A stretch of DNA of 64,000 nucleotides from a bacterium (GTDB taxonomy: Bacteria; UBA8248; JACPRG01; G963555815): the NCBI GenBank assembly GCA_965261595.1, contig CBDHDG010000006.1, forward strand, positions 864,001 to 928,000, given 5' to 3'. The notes beneath the pieces were generated by a model. It saw only the letters and a program-made list of their open reading frames with translations, did not search any database and was not told the DNA's origin. Made by a program: the position numbers and the translations under genes. The number at the start of each line of letters is the position of its first letter. Within the stretch, counting starts at the first letter, position 1. Positions 38,012-52,528 of this stretch are shown one piece after another.

Positions 38012-40780
38012 ATGTGGAGAGCCAAGAAAAAGCGCTCGGCGGCGGGAAGGGTTTTCAAGGCTCTGGGAGTCCTTGTTCTTCTTTGTCTCGCCCTCCTTCT
38101 CGCGGTCCCCTACCTTGTCAATCTGGACGGATTCCGCACACGCCTCATCCGGGAGTTAAGCCGGCGGCTGGGCAGACCCGTTGAGGTGTCGTCGCTTCGG
38201 TTCCGGACGCTTCCCCGGCTGAGCCTCGACATCCTGGGATTGCGTATCCTCGACCCCCCCGAATTCGGAGGGAAGGCCGCCCTCACCGCCGAATCTCTTC
38301 GGGTGATCGTGCGCATCCTCCCTCTGCTCCGGGGGCGGGTGGAAGTTCAGAGGCTCGGCCTGGACCGGCCCATGGTGGTGTTCCGCCGCAACTGGGCCGG
38401 ATTCAATAACCTCTTCGGCCCCCGGTCGGCGCCCGCTCCCTCCGCGCGCCGGGTTCCGGCTGGCCCGCCTTCTCCCGCCGAGCCGCCTCCTCCCGAGCTC
38501 CCCGCCGAGCCCTCCTCCTTGTTAGCGGGTCTTCTCATCGGGGACTTGAACATCGAAAACGCCGGGTTCTGGATCGAGGACGCCAAGGCCGGCGCGCCCG
38601 TCATCCTGGACGGGATTCAGGTCGCCATCACGCGAACCGCCGCGGATTCACCGATCACCATCCGCCTCAAAGCCGAAAGGCCCGGTCTTCAAATCAATGC
38701 CGTCATCGGTCCGGTGAATTGGGGGGACATCCCCGCCACCCCGGCCGATGTCCGCATGACCCTGCGCCCGGGGTGGATCCGCGCCCTTCGGCCCTGGATC
38801 GACCGCACTCTCCGGGGCGGCCCCCTCCACATCAGCCAAGGAGAAATTTCCGGGGACCTGGCATTCCGTGGAAACCTCCGCCAAGCGACCGTCAAGGCGG
38901 ATATCTCCATAACGGGACTCGCGGGCCGAATCTTCTCCCTTCCCCTGAAAGGAGACCCGCAACTCGAGCTCCGGCTCAAATCAGACCTCGAAATTTCGAT
39001 GCCCGATTCCCGGACCTCCCCCGCCTTCAAAGCCGATGGAGAGGTCTCGGTCGGAGGCCTCCTCTTTCATTGGACGGCCCGGGGGACCACGGATTCCAAG
39101 AACCGGCGGTTCGAGGCGGAAATCCAAGGCACCCGCTTGCGAGGCGCGGACCTGGGGCCGATTCTGAAGGCCATCCTCCAAGAGAAGGCCGACCCCTTGG
39201 AAATTGCCGGCCTCCTCGGTTTCAACGTAAAGATCAAAAGCAAGGGCCGGGACGCCTCTGTGGACCTGACGCTCGACGCCGGGGAGGTCCGGGCGCGCTA
39301 CGGCGACCTCTTTCAAAAAGGCGCGGGAATCCCCCTGAAGCTCGCGGGGAAATGGGTCTCGGCCCCCAACCGGGTCGAGATCAAGCCCATCGCCTTTGAC
39401 TTGCGGCAACTCCGTTTCCGTGGAGAGATGCGGCAATCCGGAGGTCTCATGAGTCTGCGGGGCGATTTCGATCCCTTCGACCTGGAAGGCCTGGACACCT
39501 TGTTCCCCCGATTGAGGCCGCTGGGACTCGCGGGGAAAGTCCGAATCGGGTTGATCGCCAACGGCGCCCCGGCGGAAATCCTGAAGAAAAACGCCCAGCT
39601 CCAGGTGACTGTCGAGGACGGCGCGGCGACGCTTCCGGGCGGCCCCATCCGGATCCGGGACCTGGAGGCCTTTCTGCTGCTCACCCCCCGGTCCGCTCAA
39701 ATCAGCCGGTCGAAGGCGAGGATCGGAAAAAGCCGCCTGGAGCTGGAGGCCACGCTCGTCGACTTCAGCGCGCCGCGAATCCGCTTCGACCTGCGGGCGC
39801 CTTCATTTCTTCTCGAAGATTTCCTGCCCAAGAAACGGCCTCCCGACAAGGCCGCCGCCGCGGACCCGCCCCTCATCCAAAAAGCCTCTTTCTCGCCCCG
39901 CCGGCCGACCCGGTTGACCGTAGCGCAAACGCGGAAAGCCCCCCGGCGCAAGCCGACGTTGGCGGACTCCCTGAAGGGCGTCCGGGCGGAAGGGACCCTC
40001 CGAATCGAGAAAGGCGAAGCGCAAGGCGTGCGGTTCGAGAAACTGTTCGCCGCCCTCCGCCTCCAGGACGGAAAGGTGATCGCCGACCCCTTGAAGGCGC
40101 GGCTTTACGGCGGGACAATGAACGCCTCCGGGGAGTACGCCCTGGATCGTGAGCCCGCGGCCTTCCGGGGCCGACTGGCCCTGAGGGCCGTCCGGATCGA
40201 GGAGGCCATCGCCGAGCACGCGCCCGGGCCTCCCTGGGTCACGGGCCGCGCCGATCTCAACACCGACTTCGAAGGCGCGGGGACAGGGGCGGAGGCGCTG
40301 ACGCGTTCGCTTTCCGCCCGGGGGAAAATCTCCATCCAGGATGGAGAGGTGCGCAACATGGCGTTTCTGGCGAATGTGGAACGCCTGATGCACATGCCCG
40401 GAATCTTCGGCCTGAAGGATGGGAAAAAGCGGTTTCAGCGGCTGGAAGGGCCGTTCGAGATCCGCAAGGGCAAGGTGCGCTTCCCCTCGCTGAAACTCGA
40501 CTCGCCCGGACTTTCCATGACCGCGAAGGGCGAGGTCGGCTTTGACTTGCGAAGCCGGTTGGACATCACGGCAACGTTCGACAAGAAGGCCACCCGGACC
40601 CTCTCCAAGGGTCTTTTCGGGGCGCTGCTGGGGGCCGCCGAGAATTTAGAGATCCCATTCCACGTCCGAGGCCCTTTGCTCGCGCCCCGGGTCACCCTCA
40701 ACCCCCGATTCCTGAAAAAAAGCCTCGGGCGAAACCCGGAGAAATTCATCCGGGACGCCCTCGACAGGCTGCTGCGCTGA
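38012..40780 (+). CDS. AsmA family protein
   Basis: N-terminal TM anchor, LGRPV..LLRGRVEV, repeated beta-rich segments, C-terminal IPFHVRGPLLAP. Confidence 0.8.
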   Translation: MWRAKKKRSAAGRVFKALGVLVLLCLALLLAVPYLVNLDGFRTRLIRELSRRLGRPVEVSSLRFRTLPRLSLDILGLRILDPPEFGGKAALTAESLRVIVRILPLLRGRVEVQRLGLDRPMVVFRRNWAGFNNLFGPRSAPAPSARRVPAGPPSPAEPPPPELPAEPSSLLAGLLIGDLNIENAGFWIEDAKAGAPVILDGIQVAITRTAADSPITIRLKAERPGLQINAVIGPVNWGDIPATPADVRMTLRPGWIRALRPWIDRTLRGGPLHISQGEISGDLAFRGNLRQATVKADISITGLAGRIFSLPLKGDPQLELRLKSDLEISMPDSRTSPAFKADGEVSVGGLLFHWTARGTTDSKNRRFEAEIQGTRLRGADLGPILKAILQEKADPLEIAGLLGFNVKIKSKGRDASVDLTLDAGEVRARYGDLFQKGAGIPLKLAGKWVSAPNRVEIKPIAFDLRQLRFRGEMRQSGGLMSLRGDFDPFDLEGLDTLFPRLRPLGLAGKVRIGLIANGAPAEILKKNAQLQVTVEDGAATLPGGPIRIRDLEAFLLLTPRSAQISRSKARIGKSRLELEATLVDFSAPRIRFDLRAPSFLLEDFLPKKRPPDKAAAADPPLIQKASFSPRRPTRLTVAQTRKAPRRKPTLADSLKGVRAEGTLRIEKGEAQGVRFEKLFAALRLQDGKVIADPLKARLYGGTMNASGEYALDREPAAFRGRLALRAVRIEEAIAEHAPGPPWVTGRADLNTDFEGAGTGAEALTRSLSARGKISIQDGEVRNMAFLANVERLMHMPGIFGLKDGKKRFQRLEGPFEIRKGKVRFPSLKLDSPGLSMTAKGEVGFDLRSRLDITATFDKKATRTLSKGLFGALLGAAENLEIPFHVRGPLLAPRVTLNPRFLKKSLGRNPEKFIRDALDRLLR

Positions 40781-40792
40781 GAGGATTTTCCC

Positions 40793-44103
<3,311 letters not shown>

Positions 44104-44250
44104 CGGTCCGGGCGATAGTTATTGAAACGGCCGAATCCCGGGGGAGGGAGGGGGGGGGGGGAACGCGAGCCCGGCCGGATTGATACATCGGGCCGCGACA
44201 CGGCCGGCGAATCGGGGGCGGCGCCTTCCACCGCCGGACAGGAGAGTTGA

Positions 44251-45114
44251 TTGAGAGTCAAGAAGGCCGTTTTTCCCGTCGCCGGGCTCGGGACCCGGTT
44301 TCTTCCCGCCACAAAGGCGTCCCCCAAAGAAATGCTCCCCCTGCTGGACAAGCCGCTCATCCAGTACGGCGTGGAAGAGGCCAAGGCCTCCGGCATCGAT
44401 GAGGTCATCTTCGTGACCGGCCGGGGCAAGCGCGCCATCGAGGATCACTTCGACGTCTCGGTCGAGCTGGAAAAGGCGCTGGCGGATAAGGGCCAGACCG
44501 AGCTCCTCGAAGAGATCCAGGCCATCTCCAACATGGTCAAATGCGTTTACATCCGGCAGAAGGAGGCCCTGGGCCTGGGACACGCAATCCTGTGCGCCCG
44601 GGACCTGGTGGGGGATGAGCCGTTCGTCGTCATCCTGAGCGACGACATCATCGACGCAGAAAAACCAGTTACGGCCCAGGCCATCGAAGTGTTCGACAAC
44701 CATGGTGGGTCCGTGGTTGCGCTGAAGACCATACGGCGCGAGGCGATCAGCGCTTACGGGGTCATTGCGGGGGAAACTGTCGAAGAGCGCGTCTGGCGAA
44801 TTCGGGACTTAGTGGAAAAGCCGGCCCCTGAAGACGCCCCTTCGGACCTCGCAGTGATCGGGCGGTACGTGCTCACCCCGGCGATCTTTGATATCCTGAG
44901 CAAGACGCAACCGGACCACCGCGGCGAGATCCAGCTCACGGACGGTCTTCGGGTCTTGTGTCGGGAAGAGCCCGTCTTCGGTCTGGCGTTCGAGGGGAAG
45001 CGTTACGACGCCGGAAACGTCTTGGGATTTTTGGAAGCGACGGTCGAGCTCGCGCTGAAGCGGCCCGACCTGTCGGAAACCTTTCGGACATACCTCAAGG
45101 GCCTTGCGCTCTAA
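44251..45114 (+). CDS. galU: UTP-glucose-1-phosphate uridylyltransferase
   Basis: KAVFPVAGLGTRFLPATKASPKEMLP, LGLGHA, VEKP, GEIQLTD. Confidence 0.95.
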   Translation: MRVKKAVFPVAGLGTRFLPATKASPKEMLPLLDKPLIQYGVEEAKASGIDEVIFVTGRGKRAIEDHFDVSVELEKALADKGQTELLEEIQAISNMVKCVYIRQKEALGLGHAILCARDLVGDEPFVVILSDDIIDAEKPVTAQAIEVFDNHGGSVVALKTIRREAISAYGVIAGETVEERVWRIRDLVEKPAPEDAPSDLAVIGRYVLTPAIFDILSKTQPDHRGEIQLTDGLRVLCREEPVFGLAFEGKRYDAGNVLGFLEATVELALKRPDLSETFRTYLKGLAL

Positions 45115-45319
45115 GGAAGGAGCCGGCCGGTCCGGCCGGAGGTCGCGCGCCTGGATCGACCCGCCGGACCCACCAACCATGAACACGGACCCGGACGAAC
45201 CTCCCGCCCGCGAATTTCTGTCGGTCGCCGCCCGCGATAAGCGGCGGCACGGCCGCCTCCGGCGGCGCGGCCTCGCGCCCGCCCCGATCCTCCTCCCCTT
45301 TTCCTCCCGCCGCGCCTAA

Positions 45320-46597
45320 ATGGAATCCTCCTTACTTCCCCGAATCATCGTTTTTATCATCCTGATGTGCCTGTCGGCCTTCTTTTCCGCTTCGGAGGTC
45401 GCCCTGTTCAGCTTGCGGCGGTCCCGCATCGACCACCTGAAATCCCAGGGACTGTCCGTCGCCCAGGTCATCTCAGACCTCCTGGCGCGGCCCCGGCGCC
45501 TCATCATCACCATCCTGATCGGAAATGAAACCGTCAACCTGGCCGCGGCGGCGATCGTCGCCGCGCTGGTCATCACCCTGGCCGGGGACGGATACAAATG
45601 GCTGGCCATTTTGATCATGACGCCCATTCTCATGATCTTCGGCGAGATCACCCCCAAGTCCTTCGCCCTGCGGCGCCCCGAGCAGGTCTCCCGGTGGGTG
45701 GGGCGCCCCCTTGCGGTCTTCGCCGTCGCGGCAACGCCGCTGCGTTGGGTTTTCCGGAACGCGTCCGAGTGGATCATCCGCATCCTCGGCGGAGGCCGCC
45801 AAACGGCCGACAACATCCTGTCCGAGGACGAGTTCCGCACCTGGGTGGACATGGGGCGCGAGGTCGGGGAGCTGGAGGAGCAGGAGCGCAAACTGATTCA
45901 CAACGTTTTCGAGTTCTCCGACACCCTGGTCTCGGAGATCATGGTCCCCCGGCCGGACATCTTCCTCCTCTCCTACCAGATGGAGATCCCCCGGATCCTC
46001 GAGGCCATCCGGAAGACCCCCCACTCCCGAATCCCCGTGTACCGAAGCCACTCCGGCAACGTGGCCGGCATTCTCCACACCAAGGACCTGCTGCCGCTCG
46101 TTCGCGGCTCGATGACCCCCAAAGCCGGATGGCCCCTGCCCCTGCGCGAGCCTTTCTTCATCCCCCCCAGCAAGAAGGTGAGCGACCTGTTTCACGACTT
46201 CAAGCGGATGAAGACGCACATCGCGTTGGTGGTGGATGAATTCGGGGACCTGGACGGGCTGGTGACGCTGGAAGACGTGCTGGAGGAGCTGTTCGAGGCC
46301 ATCTCGGACCCCCCCGGAGACAACGGGAGGAAGGCGTTCCAGACCCTCAAAGCCGGGAGCTATCTCGTGTCCGGGCGGATGACCATGCGGGATGTCCAGG
46401 AGAAGCTGAGCTTTGCGCTCCCGGACAGCCCGGCCGACACCCTCGGGGGACTCGTCATGGACCTCTTCGGCCGGATGCCGGAGGCGAATGAGCAGGTCGG
46501 CCGGAACGGGCTCCTGTTCACCGTGACCGAGATGCGCGGCAGGCGGATCCTGAAAGTCCGGATAGACATCCCCGAAAGCTGGGAGAGCCCCGCGTGA
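45320..46597 (+). CDS. CNNM/DUF21-CBS-CorC domain protein (hemolysin family)
   Basis: SAFFSASEVALFS, ILIGN, FGEITPK, IMVPR, VVDEFG..VTLEDVLEE. Confidence 0.9.
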   Translation: MESSLLPRIIVFIILMCLSAFFSASEVALFSLRRSRIDHLKSQGLSVAQVISDLLARPRRLIITILIGNETVNLAAAAIVAALVITLAGDGYKWLAILIMTPILMIFGEITPKSFALRRPEQVSRWVGRPLAVFAVAATPLRWVFRNASEWIIRILGGGRQTADNILSEDEFRTWVDMGREVGELEEQERKLIHNVFEFSDTLVSEIMVPRPDIFLLSYQMEIPRILEAIRKTPHSRIPVYRSHSGNVAGILHTKDLLPLVRGSMTPKAGWPLPLREPFFIPPSKKVSDLFHDFKRMKTHIALVVDEFGDLDGLVTLEDVLEELFEAISDPPGDNGRKAFQTLKAGSYLVSGRMTMRDVQEKLSFALPDSPADTLGGLVMDLFGRMPEANEQVGRNGLLFTVTEMRGRRILKVRIDIPESWESPA

Positions 46598-47829
46598 GTC
46601 TGGAGTGGGCGCTGGTCATCATTATTGTCTGCCTGGCCGTGGAATTCTTTTGCTCGGGCGCGGAGATAGCCATGGTGGCCGCCGACCGCGGCCGTCTGAA
46701 AACCCGCGCCGACGACGGCGAGCGCGGCCCGGATCTGGCCCTGAAGCTCCTGGACACCCCCGAGCGGCTGGTCGCCACCACGCTGACCTGCCACAACATC
46801 GCCTTCGTGACCAACGTGACCCTCTCCACCTGGCTGATCCTCACCCTGGCCGGCCCCCGGTACGGCGAGCTCCTGACGCTCGCCGTGATGACCCCCATCC
46901 TGCTGATCGTGGGAGAGATCGTCCCCAAGAGCCTGTTCCGGGAGAAGGCGGACCAGCTCGCCCCCAAGGCCGCCTGCGTCGTCTGGGCCGCTTCCAAGAT
47001 TCTCGCTCCGGTCGTCGGCGTGGTGACGCGGATCACGCGCGCCTTCCTCAAAGAGGAGGCGCAGGGGCATTCCGTCTCCGTCACGCGGGAGGAGCTGGCC
47101 CTCATGCTTCAGGACTCGACCGAGGGCGGGGACGTCCAGCTGGAGGAGCGGAGGATGATCCACCGGATCTTCGGATTCGGCGACACGACGGTCCGGGAGG
47201 TCATGGTGCCGCTGGTGGAGGTGACCGACTTGCCCGAGACGGCGACGGTCGGCGAAGTGGCCCGGGCCATGGGGGAGAAGGCCTACTCCCGCCTCCCCAT
47301 CCACCGGGACGAAACCCACAACATCATCGGCATCGTCACCGCGTTTGAAATGCTCACCGCGCCGTCGGACGAAACGGGGATCAAGGAATATGTCCGCGAC
47401 GTTCCCTACGTTCCGGAATCCATGCGGGCCGACGACCTTCTGCGCAAGCTTCGGGACACGGACGAGAACCTGGCCGTGGTCGTGGACGAATACGGCGGCA
47501 GCGTGGGCATTGTCACGGTGGAGGATCTGATCGAGGAGATCGTCGGAGAGATTTACGACGAGCACCAGGAGGCGCCCACCCTCTATGAGCGGCTGACCGA
47601 CGGCTCGCACCGGATCGACGCCCGGATGGAAGTGGACGCCATCAACGAGACCCTGGGACTCGGCCTCCCGAAGGGCCGCGCGGAGACCCTGGGCGGCTTC
47701 GTCACCGAGACCCTGGAGCGCATCCCCCGGGAAGGCGAGACCTTCGAGCGCGGCGGCATGGAATTCCGAGTCACCGACGCCACGGCCAAGCGCGTGTTGG
47801 AGGTGATTGTCCGCAAGAAAGAGGCCTGA
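46594..47829 (+). CDS. CNNM/DUF21-CBS-CorC domain protein, tandem paralog
   Basis: [44 protein letters not shown]. Confidence 0.9.
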   Translation: MSLEWALVIIIVCLAVEFFCSGAEIAMVAADRGRLKTRADDGERGPDLALKLLDTPERLVATTLTCHNIAFVTNVTLSTWLILTLAGPRYGELLTLAVMTPILLIVGEIVPKSLFREKADQLAPKAACVVWAASKILAPVVGVVTRITRAFLKEEAQGHSVSVTREELALMLQDSTEGGDVQLEERRMIHRIFGFGDTTVREVMVPLVEVTDLPETATVGEVARAMGEKAYSRLPIHRDETHNIIGIVTAFEMLTAPSDETGIKEYVRDVPYVPESMRADDLLRKLRDTDENLAVVVDEYGGSVGIVTVEDLIEEIVGEIYDEHQEAPTLYERLTDGSHRIDARMEVDAINETLGLGLPKGRAETLGGFVTETLERIPREGETFERGGMEFRVTDATAKRVLEVIVRKKEA

Positions 47830-47861
47830 GGAGCCCCCTCGAAATCCCGAGGGATGGACGG

Positions 47862-48734
47862 CTACCCTCCTACCGGCAGATACACATCCAACCAATCCTT
47901 CATCATGGCTTCGGCGCGGGGTTTTTCGCCCGCGAGCGGCCAGTGATCGACATCGGACAGCAGGATCAAGTCCGTGGGTTGACCGGCGCGATCGAACATT
48001 CGCAATGACTGCTCGGTCGGCGTGACCGAATCCTCGGCGGCATGGAGAAGCATCAGGGGCCTCGGCGCGATGTTCCCCACAACGTCTTCGGCGTTGAAAT
48101 CGAACATGCTCCGGGCCGTTTCCACGGGGAACTCGGAAATCGCGTCCGATACCAGGTGTTTTCTCAGATGTTCGGGAATGGGGACGATGTCCCAGCGGGA
48201 CACCCAAAGGGACTCGCCCGTTTCTTCCTTGTGGCGTTTTCCCGCTTCCAGCATCGATGTGAATTTCTCCCACGCCTCATCCGTCGGATGCTGAAGGCGG
48301 AACTTTCGCTCGCCGTTGCCCCAGCCGCACGACGAGATGACGGCGGCGATCCGTTCATCCGTGCCGCCGGCATAAACGGCCACGGCCGCCCCGAAGCTTT
48401 GTCCGATCACGCCGACGCGATTCGGGTCCACGTCGCCGCGGGTCGAGATCCAGGTGAGCGCGTTGCGGGTGTCTTCCACCTCTTCCAGGCAAATCACGCG
48501 GCCGCGCTCGCCCGCGCTTTCCCCGCATCCCCTGTAATCGAAACGTAGCGCGATATACCCCCACCGGGCGAACATCTCACACGTCGTCTGAGAGCTGCCG
48601 CCTGTTTTGCTCGTGCCGAATCCGTGCAGGACCAGCATGGCCGGACGTTTTTCACCGGGCTTCAAGCCTTCCGGGGTGTGAACGATGCCCGAGAGCTTCA
48701 GGCCGCCAGAATCGAAAGTAACGGGTGTTTGCAT
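47862..48734 (-). CDS. Alpha/beta fold hydrolase
   Basis: LHGFG, RFDYRGCGESAG, GQSFG, IAPRPLMLLHAAED, DHWP. Confidence 0.85.
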   Translation of the reverse strand: MQTPVTFDSGGLKLSGIVHTPEGLKPGEKRPAMLVLHGFGTSKTGGSSQTTCEMFARWGYIALRFDYRGCGESAGERGRVICLEEVEDTRNALTWISTRGDVDPNRVGVIGQSFGAAVAVYAGGTDERIAAVISSCGWGNGERKFRLQHPTDEAWEKFTSMLEAGKRHKEETGESLWVSRWDIVPIPEHLRKHLVSDAISEFPVETARSMFDFNAEDVVGNIAPRPLMLLHAAEDSVTPTEQSLRMFDRAGQPTDLILLSDVDHWPLAGEKPRAEAMMKDWLDVYLPVGG

Positions 48735-48954
48735 GGAGCGCTCCAGTAATCATGTTGGAAGGATAGCTCATCGCGGAAGGGCTGATGAGGTCAGGTATTC
48801 CGGTCCGACCTTACGGTTCCGCCGTGAAGTCATCGGGTCCGAATGGCGAGTCACAGACTTCACACCTGTCCATCCAAAATTCGGCGCGGCCGTATTCGGT
48901 GAAGACAGAGCAGTCCCATATCGTGGGTTCTCAGCGCTCCCGGCGGATCGCCCC

Positions 48955-49857
48955 TCAGGCCCGGCCGTGCGTCATTAACAATTCTTCCACTTCCTGAAGC
49001 CGGGGGATCCCCGTCCGGCCGCCGACGGACCGGCAGCACAGGGCCGCGAGGGCGTTGGAGAAATCCAGCGTTTTCTGAACGGGCCAGTCCCGAAGCACTC
49101 CGTAGCACAGCCCCGCGTGGAAGACGTCCCCCGCGCCCGTCGTGTCCACCGCACGCACGTCGAACCCCGGACTCTCGTAAAAATTCTCGCCGTCGTAGGC
49201 GACGGCCCCGCCCGCGCCCAGCGTCATCCCGACAACGGCCGGACACACCTCGCGGAGCGCTTCGAGGGACTCGCGCTGATCGGACTTGCCGGTCACCAGG
49301 GCGGGAAAATCCTGGCTGCCGATGACGATGGAGCATGACCCGAGCAGCGCTTTCGTCCCCTCCCTCACACGCTCCGCGTCGAAGACGACCGGAATCCCCG
49401 CCGCCCGGGCCCATCGCGCCGCCCGGATCTCCGCGGGCAGGTTGTGGCCGTCCACCAGAAGGCAGCGGCCGTTCAGGACCATCTCTTTCCTGAGATCGCC
49501 CTCCTCCAAACGGACGTCCCGATCCCAGACAATCGTCCTTTCCCCCGAGGATGAATCGATCAGCACCACGGCGCACTGGCTGCGCCTGCCCGGTTTGACG
49601 ACGACGCCGTCCACGTTCACCCCCTCCGCCCTCAGGGCCTCCAGAGAGAAGTCCCCGGCCGCGTCGTCCCCCACCGCGCCCACAAAGGCGGCCCGCAGCC
49701 CCAAGCGGGCGCACGCGACCATCGCCGTCGCCGCCTGGCCGCCGCCCTGCCGGTCGAACGCGGTCATGCCGGTTTTGGTGTTGCGCTCGGGAAATCGGGG
49801 AAGGGAGCAAAGATAATCGACCGAGACCAGACCGATGCCGACGACATCGAACCGCAT
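48955..49857 (-). CDS. PfkB family carbohydrate kinase
   Basis: GGGQAATA, GAVGDD, VDTTGAGDVF. Confidence 0.9.
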   Translation of the reverse strand: MRFDVVGIGLVSVDYLCSLPRFPERNTKTGMTAFDRQGGGQAATAMVACARLGLRAAFVGAVGDDAAGDFSLEALRAEGVNVDGVVVKPGRRSQCAVVLIDSSSGERTIVWDRDVRLEEGDLRKEMVLNGRCLLVDGHNLPAEIRAARWARAAGIPVVFDAERVREGTKALLGSCSIVIGSQDFPALVTGKSDQRESLEALREVCPAVVGMTLGAGGAVAYDGENFYESPGFDVRAVDTTGAGDVFHAGLCYGVLRDWPVQKTLDFSNALAALCCRSVGGRTGIPRLQEVEELLMTHGRA

Positions 49858-49915
49858 GTTTTTTCCCTCGGGAGATTCGCCCCCGAACGCCGGGACGAAG
49901 CGGGAGCGGCCGGAC

Positions 49916-50365
49916 TCAACGAATCGTGAGGCGCCCGGTCATCCCCGCTTCGGTGTGGCCCGTGACCGCGCACCGCAGATCGAATAGACCCGTTTGAACG
50001 GGAACGAAGAACCATTCGGCCCGCTTTCCGGGAAGCACCTCGATCTCCCGAACGGCGCCTTTCACCTCCATGTTCGCGTCCTGGACCTTCCGCGTCCAAA
50101 CGGCGGCCGCAAACCGCAGGGCGGTGAAGTAATGCTTCGAGGGCGAAGGGTTGATCAGAACCAGCTTGTACAGCCTTCCGGTCTCGAAGGTCAGCGCATC
50201 GGGTTTGAACGTCAGATGGCCGTCCCGGCTGCCGAGACGCACTTCGATGGTGACGGGACTCCGCTTGCTGAGGTCTCCCTCGGCTTCGGCGGGAGCGACC
50301 CATCCGGGTTGGAAAAAGACGCCCACCCCAAAAAGAAAAAGGACGGACCGCAGGGCGCTCATCAT
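49916..50365 (-). CDS. Exported cupredoxin-like copper-binding protein
   Basis: Signal peptide; type-1 copper ligand pattern H...CAVTGHTEAGM. Confidence 0.8.
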   Translation of the reverse strand: MMSALRSVLFLFGVGVFFQPGWVAPAEAEGDLSKRSPVTIEVRLGSRDGHLTFKPDALTFETGRLYKLVLINPSPSKHYFTALRFAAAVWTRKVQDANMEVKGAVREIEVLPGKRAEWFFVPVQTGLFDLRCAVTGHTEAGMTGRLTIR

Positions 50366-50550
50366 CGATCGACTCTCCTCACTTGTCGGAAAAACTCAGG
50401 AAGCCGGAAGGGGGGCTTCACCGCATGAAGTATCATATCATTGGAACGTCGCCCCCGCCTTTCACCCTCCGGGGCGGGGAAGCCGGCGGGCGAAATCCGA
50501 TCCCCCGCGAGTCCGGCGGACGCCACTCTGAAGGGGGGGGGAGGTCCGAC

Positions 50551-51450
50551 ATGAAAAATCCCCGGGTTTCGCCCACCTTGATTCTGGCCGCCGTCCTGGG
50601 TTTGCTTCTCCTTTCGCGGGGGGGCCGTTCCGAGCCGCGGTATCCCAACGGCCATTTGCTCGTCGGCCCCGATTGGGTCCAAAAACGGCTCGGAAACCCG
50701 GCCGTGCGGTTTGTGGACCTTCGGGGAAAGGCCCGGTACGGCGCTGGACACATTCCGGGGGCGGTTGCCTTGGGTCTCGACCGGATCCAGGCGACCGTCA
50801 ACGGCGCGCCCGGCATGGCCGCTTCCGCCCGCCGGCTCTCCCGGGTGTTCGGGGCCCTGGGGATCGACGCCGAGACCACCGTCGTCGGGTACGATGACAG
50901 CGGGGGATTGCTCGCGGTCAGGCTTTTCTGGACGCTGGAGTACGCCGGACACCGCAAGGCCCGCATCCTCAATGGAGGATACGCGGCCTGGCTCGCCGCC
51001 GGGGGCGCGGTGAGCCGGAGCGCCGCCTCCCACCCGGCCAAACGGTTCGAGGTCCGGCTCGACCTTTCCCGCGTCATCTCGGCCGGGGAGATCCGCTCGA
51101 AGCTCGGGCGGAAGGATGTCGCGATCGTGGACGCGCGCGGCGCCGGAGAATTCTCCGGACGGGTGAAGCGCGCCCGGCGGGGCGGGCGCATCCCCGGCGC
51201 CGTTCATATCGAATGGGTGCGAAGTCTCGCGAATCGAGGAGGCCGCTGGCTTCCTCCGAAAGCGCTCGCCCGCCTTTACGCCTCCCGGGGGGTGACACGG
51301 GAGAAGGAGATCATCCCCTACTGCCAGACCTTCGTCCGCGCCGCCCACACATATTTCAGCCTGAGGCTCCTGGGCTACGAAAAGGTGAGTGGATACGACG
51401 GCTCTTGGGCGGAGTGGGGGAACCGGCAGGACCTGCCCGTGGAAAGGTAG
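50551..51450 (+). CDS. Tandem-domain rhodanese/sulfurtransferase with signal-peptide-like N-terminus
   Basis: GHIPGA, LNGGYAAW, GRIPGA, YCQTFVRA, YDGSWAEW. Confidence 0.9.
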   Translation: MKNPRVSPTLILAAVLGLLLLSRGGRSEPRYPNGHLLVGPDWVQKRLGNPAVRFVDLRGKARYGAGHIPGAVALGLDRIQATVNGAPGMAASARRLSRVFGALGIDAETTVVGYDDSGGLLAVRLFWTLEYAGHRKARILNGGYAAWLAAGGAVSRSAASHPAKRFEVRLDLSRVISAGEIRSKLGRKDVAIVDARGAGEFSGRVKRARRGGRIPGAVHIEWVRSLANRGGRWLPPKALARLYASRGVTREKEIIPYCQTFVRAAHTYFSLRLLGYEKVSGYDGSWAEWGNRQDLPVER

Positions 51451-51511
51451 GGGGGGAGGGGGAGAGGAAGGAAGGGCGGCCTTTCAAACAGCGCCCCCCG
51501 GGGGGGGGGAA

Positions 51512-52315
51512 TCAATCTTCTTTGTCGAGCTTCGCGGCCGCCCGCGCATAAACGGCCAATCCCGCTTCAAGGAGTCCCGGGACCATCCGCGCCAGGAGCG
51601 CCATGCAGGCCAGGCTGAAGGGCATGACGACCAACCCCCGGTTCGCGCGAATCGCGGCGAGAACCTTCCGGCTCACCTGAGCGGCCGTCAGGGTCGGCCC
51701 TTTCCTGAACCGGGCCGGTTTCCGGAGGCTGGGATGCGTATCGAAAAAAGGGGTTTTCACGGTTCCCGGACAGATGGTGCTGACGCCCACCCGGAAGGGT
51801 GCCAATTCATGCCTCAACGCGCGGCTCATGGCGACCATGGCGAACTTCGACGCCGCGTACGCGCCCAGAAAGGGCGGCGGGATGAGGCCCGCCACCGAGG
51901 CGACGTTCACGATGTGCCCGGACCGCCTCCGCTTCATCCTCGGGGCGAACGCGAAAATGCAGTAGACCGCTCCCAGATAATTGGTCCGCGTGAGGCGCTC
52001 GATCTCCTCGGGACTGGACCGAAGGAGCGGACCGGCGAATCCGAACCCGGCGTTGTTGATCAGGATGTCCACCGGACCCGCCGCGAGGATCGCTCCCGCC
52101 GTCTCCCGCACGCTTTCGTTGTCGGAGACGTCGCACGGGAAGACCTCGGCCTCGCCGCCCGCCTCCGCAATCTCCTCTCTCAACCTTTCCAGGAGACCCG
52201 CCCTCCGCGCCAAAAGAACCGGCGTCGCCCCCTCCCGGGCAAGGTCCAGGGCCAGTTGTCTTCCGATGCCCGAGGACGCCCCCGTCACCACCGCGCGTCG
52301 CCCCCGCAGCCGCAT
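51512..52315 (-). CDS. SDR family oxidoreductase
   Basis: TGASSGIG, NNAG, YAASK. Confidence 0.9.
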   Translation of the reverse strand: MRLRGRRAVVTGASSGIGRQLALDLAREGATPVLLARRAGLLERLREEIAEAGGEAEVFPCDVSDNESVRETAGAILAAGPVDILINNAGFGFAGPLLRSSPEEIERLTRTNYLGAVYCIFAFAPRMKRRRSGHIVNVASVAGLIPPPFLGAYAASKFAMVAMSRALRHELAPFRVGVSTICPGTVKTPFFDTHPSLRKPARFRKGPTLTAAQVSRKVLAAIRANRGLVVMPFSLACMALLARMVPGLLEAGLAVYARAAAKLDKED

Positions 52316-52528
52316 GCGTCCCCTCTCCTTCCATCCGGACCCGAAGCCCGGCGCTCCTGAATTCGGCCGGACGACACGGTCCGACACCCGCCACTATGCA
52401 CAAAGAGCGCTCGCGGACAAGGATGACTTTTGGAGTTTTTCGGACGGAACCCGCCGCGGCGGACCCGGCGGGCAAGAGGCGGTTCGCGATCAACCGTTGG
52501 ATTGAGCCGGATCTTCAAACTGTTTTAT

